Part shown: in pieces, positions 58,834 to 64,000 of the stretch | How positions within the stretch are numbered: position 1 is the first letter of the stretch | How the letters are laid out: each line of letters opens with the position of its first letter | NCBI GenBank assembly: GCA_045541975.1 | Contig: JAZQKB010000026.1 | Coordinates: 4,593 to 68,592, forward strand | Origin: Clostridia bacterium | Lineage (GTDB): Bacteria > Bacillota > Clostridia > UMGS1840 | Reading direction: 5' to 3' | Length of the DNA: 64,000 bases | Translations under genes and position numbers: made by a program | The notes under the pieces: generated by a model | The model's database searches: none | Seen by the model: only the letters and a program-made list of their open reading frames with translations | What the model was told of the DNA's origin: nothing

Positions 58834-61800
58834 GTGTTTTCTGAATTGAAACGTATTATTTCTATTTTTCTACTAACAGTATTACTGAATATGGGGGTAT
58901 ATTCTTCTGCGGAAGAATATACCCTACCTGAGTGCTATGTAAGTCTTTTGTGCGAGGGTTGGGAAAATAATAGCTTTAAAAAAGTTACAGCACAGCTCAC
59001 AGGCTACAGTGAGAATAATATTTTGTACTGTATTGCAGCTTACGATAACCACCGTTTAAGTGATATTTCATTCAAAACGGGAGAAAGCGGAAACTTCTCA
59101 AAAACCCTTTCACTTAACAATGTAGGAAATGAAAGCGACATTAAGGTTTTTGCGTGGGATGAGAATTTTGTTCCTTTGTATGACGGAAATTATGAAAGAG
59201 AAAACATACTTTATGTTTCTCAAAAGTCATCGGTTTTGGGAAACGGAACAAAGAACAATCCGTTTTTGTCCTTAGAAAATGCGTATGAAACAGCAGCTAT
59301 AATGAATTGTGATGTTACCGTAAAAATGGAAGCGGGAACATACTCTGTAAATGAGCCAATAAAACTCACCGTATCAAATGATTATTCAGTTTCAATTTGC
59401 GGTTCAGATTACGGCGATACAATAATTGACGGCGGAAAATCTGTAACGGGATTTAGTGAGGTTGAAGGCGAAGAGTTTTATGTTTGCGATATTGATTATG
59501 ACGGAGATATTCACGAGCTTTACATAAACGACCATGGTGCAAAAATGGCACAAACCGAAAATGTTTTTTATCCATCAAAAATTGATAATACAAATAGCAC
59601 AATTAAATTTTCAGGTGAATATTCGTTGCCCTTTGATGTAACGGGTGATGAGGATTTATATATTTCAGTTGTAGATGAATGGAAATATGTTATTTGTCCT
59701 GCTTTGGAATTTTCAAAAGATGATGCGGATAATCAGACAGTAAAAATAAGCCCCGAATATTTTTCAAGATATGATTTGTTAAGAAACACAAATAATCCCT
59801 TTGTCTTTATGAACAGCAAGGCTTTTTTGGATAGTGAGGGAGAATTCTATTTTGATAAATCGGAAAATAAGCTGTACTATTATCCGTTTTTGGGCGAAAC
59901 AGTTGAAAGTATAGTTGCGTATATTCCGCAAAGTGAAGGTTTGCTTTCTGTTGAAGGTACAGAAGATGACAAGATAAAAGATCTTACTTTTGAAAACTTA
60001 ACCTTCCGACACGGAATCTGGAACTTACCTTATGATATAGGACACCAGACAGGTCAGGCAGAGCAGTTTATAACAAGCAGTGAAGTTTTGAACGGATATT
60101 ATAAAAACTTCAAAAAAGAGCCGGCTTCCTGGGCGAAGGCATGGGGGGCAGTAAACCGTGCACAGATTGAAATTTCCTATGCAGAAAATATTCAGTTTAT
60201 AAATAACCGTTTTGAAAACATGGGTGGCGGTGCAGTGCATTTTTCCGATATGTGCACCGATTGCAAAGCTGAAGGAAATCTGTTCTATAATATAGGCGGT
60301 GCGGCTGTAACTATTGGTTCGCCTACGCATAACGACATATTGTTCAGCAATATGGACAAAATAACAAGAAATATTTCGATTAAGAATAATTTTATCCGAA
60401 AAACAGCACAGATACTTCATGGTTCATGTGCGATAACAGCTTTTTATACTGATTCCTGCGATATTTCAAATAATGATATTGCAGATAGTTCCTATTCAGG
60501 AATTTCTCTCGGATGGGGCTGGGGAAACGATGTATCAGAAAGCAGAAACAACAAAATTAAGAATAATAAAATTGTAAATATTATGAGTGATATGTGGGAC
60601 GGAAGCCATATTTACACATTGGGAAATATGCCCGGCACTGAAATTTCGGGTAACTATCTTGGAAGAACTGACGAAAAATGTGGCGGTGGCGGTTTCTATC
60701 CCGATGAGGGAAGCCGAAATCTCACATTTAAAAATAACATGGTTGAAAATGCTGCGTCATGGAAATTTATTTTAGAAGATTACTTCATTCAGCACGCGGC
60801 AACTGCAGATGATGGTACGCCGATATATGAAGCTTTTGATAAAAGTATGACCTACAGCGGAAATTATGTTAATTTCCTTAATAAATACCGTAGAAAATTT
60901 GTGGATGGTGTTTATGAAGAAAAGACAGTTGGAGGAGTAACTAAGCAGGTTATGACAACAGCTCCGTCTTATTCGGGTTATGAATTAGTACCTGATGAGA
61001 TACTTGCAGGATTTATTGAAGCAAGCGATTTTTCTCAAATCCCTGAAGCAAAAGTGATTAAAGAAAATGCAGGACTTACGGATGAATATCAGCATCTTGA
61101 AGCTGATTTTAGTAAGGCTTACAATACAGATAACGGAATAAAAAAGAGTAAGTATTTTGATTCTGTGAATTTCTTTGAAGTACCTGCCGGAAGTTGTAAG
61201 CTTGAAGGCGGAAACAATGTCGATTTTTACAGTGATGTTGAATATAACAATTCTGACGGCTGTAATTATTATGTTGATTTGGGCGGCCGTTATCAGACAG
61301 TGGGATTATCCGAAAGAGGTGGATATACAGGTACCTGGGTTACTTATGATGTTACTCCCCAAAAAACAGGATATTACGACATATATTTTTCATCCGCTTC
61401 AACAGTTGAATGTATAGTAGGATTGTATGTTGACGGTGTATTACAGGGCAAATTCACATCAATTCCGGCTTCAGGCGGCTTAAAAAGACCTTCAACAGGT
61501 ATAGTTTGTCCTGATTTATATCTTGAAGCAGGGAAAACATATTGTTTTAAGGTTGAATGTCAGCTTGGCGTTATGCAGTTATATTCACTTATTTTTGATT
61601 ACAGTGAAAGCAACTTATATGAAAACAGCGACACCTATACCGAAACGCTGATAGCAAGTGAAAACTTTGCAGATTACAGAAACGCAAGCAATACATTTCC
61701 ATTTAATAAAACACTCAAAAGCATTGTTCCAAATAGCGGCACCGGATTTTCAACTCCGTGGTTTGACAATTTTTCAGACCAGACTATTGTAAGCTCAACA

Positions 61801-62340
61801 GAGCCTAAGTTCTATTATTTAAGATACAATGGTGTGTATGTAGGCAATGTTAAGTCGTACCGTCAGAATATATACCGAAAGCTGACAACTCCTGTTAGTT
61901 TTAAGGAAGATAAAATTTTAAGGATAGAATATATATCTGCATTCGGAGATAACACGGATGTCTATAGCGGTTTAGAGCTTTTAGCTTCAAATCAGAGTAA
62001 GCTGTTGGGAATCGGTTCATATAAGGATACAACAAGTGGTGCCGGGTATGATTTAACAATATGGAACATTAACGGCAGAAGTGAGTGTCAAAGAATGAGC
62101 CAAAAGAAATCCTTTGCAATCAATACTTTTTATAAGTACATAATTGAGCTTGAAATAAACAGCGATAATGTGGATACTTTAAGAATTAAAGTATTTAAGA
62201 TAAACGAAACTGAGCCTGATTCCTGGGATACAGTGTTTAAAAAGGAACTTGGAAAAGGTAGTGTTGAATACATAGGAATCAATTTTGCAAATTTGACTTA
62301 TTTTAACAGCTTTACTATAAATGAGTTAACGGGAAATTAA
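58834..62340 (+). CDS. secreted multidomain right-handed beta-helix carbohydrate-active protein with CBM6/35-like and ConA-like C-terminal domains
   Basis: GTG start and a signal peptide. It has an NPFLSLENAYETA entry motif and repeated beta-helix coils (NNRFENMGGGAVHF, GNLFYNIGGAAVTIG, NNDIADSSYSGISLGWGWG). After residue about 780 there is a CBM-like segment (YYDIYFSSAS..LYVDG). Confidence 0.6.
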   Translation: MFSELKRIISIFLLTVLLNMGVYSSAEEYTLPECYVSLLCEGWENNSFKKVTAQLTGYSENNILYCIAAYDNHRLSDISFKTGESGNFSKTLSLNNVGNESDIKVFAWDENFVPLYDGNYERENILYVSQKSSVLGNGTKNNPFLSLENAYETAAIMNCDVTVKMEAGTYSVNEPIKLTVSNDYSVSICGSDYGDTIIDGGKSVTGFSEVEGEEFYVCDIDYDGDIHELYINDHGAKMAQTENVFYPSKIDNTNSTIKFSGEYSLPFDVTGDEDLYISVVDEWKYVICPALEFSKDDADNQTVKISPEYFSRYDLLRNTNNPFVFMNSKAFLDSEGEFYFDKSENKLYYYPFLGETVESIVAYIPQSEGLLSVEGTEDDKIKDLTFENLTFRHGIWNLPYDIGHQTGQAEQFITSSEVLNGYYKNFKKEPASWAKAWGAVNRAQIEISYAENIQFINNRFENMGGGAVHFSDMCTDCKAEGNLFYNIGGAAVTIGSPTHNDILFSNMDKITRNISIKNNFIRKTAQILHGSCAITAFYTDSCDISNNDIADSSYSGISLGWGWGNDVSESRNNKIKNNKIVNIMSDMWDGSHIYTLGNMPGTEISGNYLGRTDEKCGGGGFYPDEGSRNLTFKNNMVENAASWKFILEDYFIQHAATADDGTPIYEAFDKSMTYSGNYVNFLNKYRRKFVDGVYEEKTVGGVTKQVMTTAPSYSGYELVPDEILAGFIEASDFSQIPEAKVIKENAGLTDEYQHLEADFSKAYNTDNGIKKSKYFDSVNFFEVPAGSCKLEGGNNVDFYSDVEYNNSDGCNYYVDLGGRYQTVGLSERGGYTGTWVTYDVTPQKTGYYDIYFSSASTVECIVGLYVDGVLQGKFTSIPASGGLKRPSTGIVCPDLYLEAGKTYCFKVECQLGVMQLYSLIFDYSESNLYENSDTYTETLIASENFADYRNASNTFPFNKTLKSIVPNSGTGFSTPWFDNFSDQTIVSSTEPKFYYLRYNGVYVGNVKSYRQNIYRKLTTPVSFKEDKILRIEYISAFGDNTDVYSGLELLASNQSKLLGIGSYKDTTSGAGYDLTIWNINGRSECQRMSQKKSFAINTFYKYIIELEINSDNVDTLRIKVFKINETEPDSWDTVFKKELGKGSVEYIGINFANLTYFNSFTINELTGN

Positions 62341-62350
62341 GGAGGAAATT

Positions 62351-64000
62351 ATGAGAATCAAAAAACTTATTTGCTTTTGTCTGACTGTTTTGATTGCTTT
62401 TCAGATAATGACAGTATCGGCAGAGCCGTATATCAATGTGAATATTCCCGGAAGTATTGAAGCTGAGAACTATGATATAGACGGCAAGGGGATAAGCTAC
62501 GGAGATGTTGATCTGACAAATTTGGGCGGATTATATAGACAGGATGATGTTGATATTTATTCAGCGAACAGCGGTAAGCTTCATTATGTTCTTATGGAGC
62601 AAAACGAATGGCTGAAATATACATTTTATACAGATAGAGCAGGAAGTTTCGATATTTATCTGAATGCGATTATTGATAATCTTAAATCAAAAGCAAATCT
62701 TTATATTGACGATATGCTTGTTTTGGAGAAAAAGGAATTGTCTGCAACAACAAAGGACACATTCACAGATATTTATATTGGAGCTGTATATTTAAAGGAA
62801 GGGGAGCATACTCTCACTCTTGAAAATAAAAGCTATGACATTAAGCTTAATAGTATAAATTTTCTGCACACGAGAAATAAGGGGGTAAAGACCTGGGATA
62901 TGCAGGTTGTAAAGCTGTCTGTTCCTCCCATGATTAAAAAAGGCAGTAATTTAGGCTTTCCTCAAATTAACTTCCGTGGCGGTAATGAAACAGAGGAAGT
63001 TTACCAGACAGTGATTTATGTCTCAGAAAACGGAAATGACGGAAATGACGGCAGCGAAAACAAACCGTTTAAAACAATAAAGAGAGCCAAAGAGGAAGTC
63101 AGAAAATATAGTCAGAATATGACAGGAAATGTAAAAGTAAGCATTGGTGCAGGAAGATACTACACCTATGAGCCTATCGTGTTTGATATGGCGGATTCTG
63201 CAACAAACGGTTTTAGTATTATTTATGAAGGTTCGGAAAACGATGATACTTTTATTGACGGCGGAATACCCGTAACAAATTTCAAAAAGGTTCCTGGCAA
63301 GCCCTTGTGGGAAGCTGATTTTGACAAAGACGGGTTTATGTATGAGTTTTATGTGAATGACCACAGAGCAAGAGTTGCACAGTCTGAGTATAATTATATG
63401 CCCCGTTCAGGTGCAAGAGATCCCGAAACAAATGCAATAAGAGGCCTTAAATTCAATAATACGACAATGCCGCTCAAATTTGAAAATCCTGACGGGATGA
63501 TTCTTTGGGCTTGCAATGAGTGGAAACCAAGCTTTTATCAGGTTGATCAGATGATTTGTGATGAAGAGACAACCTCGTTTTTATTGAAGGGTGAGCATTT
63601 CAGCCTGCAATCTTCTTTAATGACGGGTTGCGATGAGATTTTATTTAAAAATCATATTTCTCTTCTTGATAAGCCGGGAGAGTTTTACTACGATAAAGAA
63701 GCAAAGAAAATATACTACTATCCTTTAGAAAATGAGGATATGAGTAAAGCAGTAGGCTATGTTCCCGCTACAAAACAGCTTGTTGATATAGCAGGCGAGG
63801 GAATGGAGAAAAAAATAAAGGGCTTAACATTTAGAAACTTAAACTTCAGACATACTGTCTGGGAAGATGATTATATAACAGGTCATTACGCAGGTCAGGG
63901 CGACCAGTATTTTACCGGAAAAGAAAAAAACTGGTATGACCACTGGGGAAATATCAACGCATCTTCGGTAACTGCCAATTATGCAGAAAATGTTAATATT
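62351..64000 (+). CDS. secreted beta-helix paralog with N-terminal CBM6/35-like domain (partial, runs off the window)
   Basis: ATG follows ggagga, and a signal peptide is present. An IEAENYD CBM-type motif is followed by NKPFKTIKRAKEEV, EFYYDKEAKKIYYYP and LTFRNLNFRHTVW blocks that are colinear with the 58834 protein. The frame is open to 64000. This ORF is absent from the supplied ORF track. Confidence 0.7.
   Translation, partial: MRIKKLICFCLTVLIAFQIMTVSAEPYINVNIPGSIEAENYDIDGKGISYGDVDLTNLGGLYRQDDVDIYSANSGKLHYVLMEQNEWLKYTFYTDRAGSFDIYLNAIIDNLKSKANLYIDDMLVLEKKELSATTKDTFTDIYIGAVYLKEGEHTLTLENKSYDIKLNSINFLHTRNKGVKTWDMQVVKLSVPPMIKKGSNLGFPQINFRGGNETEEVYQTVIYVSENGNDGNDGSENKPFKTIKRAKEEVRKYSQNMTGNVKVSIGAGRYYTYEPIVFDMADSATNGFSIIYEGSENDDTFIDGGIPVTNFKKVPGKPLWEADFDKDGFMYEFYVNDHRARVAQSEYNYMPRSGARDPETNAIRGLKFNNTTMPLKFENPDGMILWACNEWKPSFYQVDQMICDEETTSFLLKGEHFSLQSSLMTGCDEILFKNHISLLDKPGEFYYDKEAKKIYYYPLENEDMSKAVGYVPATKQLVDIAGEGMEKKIKGLTFRNLNFRHTVWEDDYITGHYAGQGDQYFTGKEKNWYDHWGNINASSVTANYAENVNI

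Noticed and set aside
60025-60420. 131-aa ORF antisense to the beta-helix gene (also 63023-63364 in the paralog)
   Set aside because: Shadow ORFs. The sense frames carry the repeated beta-helix motifs.

Overview
The window looks like a low-to-moderate-GC, spore-forming Clostridia chromosome (spoVT, sigG and a spoVB-like gene are present). It reads as three blocks.

(1) 1-32.2 kb is ordinary core genome. It carries an LMW tyrosine phosphatase, an amidohydrolase-acyltransferase fusion, a FliB-like cysteine-cluster protein, an ABC-2 exporter and a zinc-ribbon membrane protein. A cobalamin riboswitch sits in front of a corrinoid adenosyltransferase. The block also holds feoAB, a small sporulation cluster, a PepV-like dipeptidase, a complete atpIBEFHAGDC F-type ATPase operon and a Y-family polymerase/YolD pair.

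(2) About 32.25-38.96 kb is a decayed mobile-element remnant with no recombinase. It opens with tandem tRNA-Trp 3'-end-like scars and GTTGGTGCAA repeats. It then carries an XRE-HTH::DUF3990-like gene coupled to a small partner gene, and a duplicated replication-initiator-like gene whose first copy has a clean microhomology deletion. A 377-aa orphan follows. Next, a consensus promoter drives a roughly 245-nt highly structured RNA, followed by a zinc-ribbon gene and a frameshifted sigma-70 gene.

(3) 38.97-64 kb is a visibly more AT-rich glycan-utilisation island. At its left edge are an AraC remnant and a recombination scar. It encodes an SGNH esterase, an EEP phosphoesterase, and GH63-like, GH130/43-like, GH78-like, GH3 and GH29-like enzymes. 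It also has a ketose 3-epimerase/kinase/aldolase/isomerase/phosphatase cassette, ABC permeases and a binding protein, a 746-aa FAD oxidoreductase, and two giant paralogous secreted beta-helix proteins.

The most interesting items are the promoter-driven structured RNA with its zinc-ribbon/sigma operon, the HTH-DUF3990-like gene pair, the rare-sugar/oxidoreductase/beta-helix content of the glycan island, and the predicted two-carboxylate Na+ motif in the ATPase c subunit. No rRNA, functional tRNA, CRISPR array, transposase or integrase was seen. All calls rest on reading the sequence and on remembered family signatures; no searches were run.
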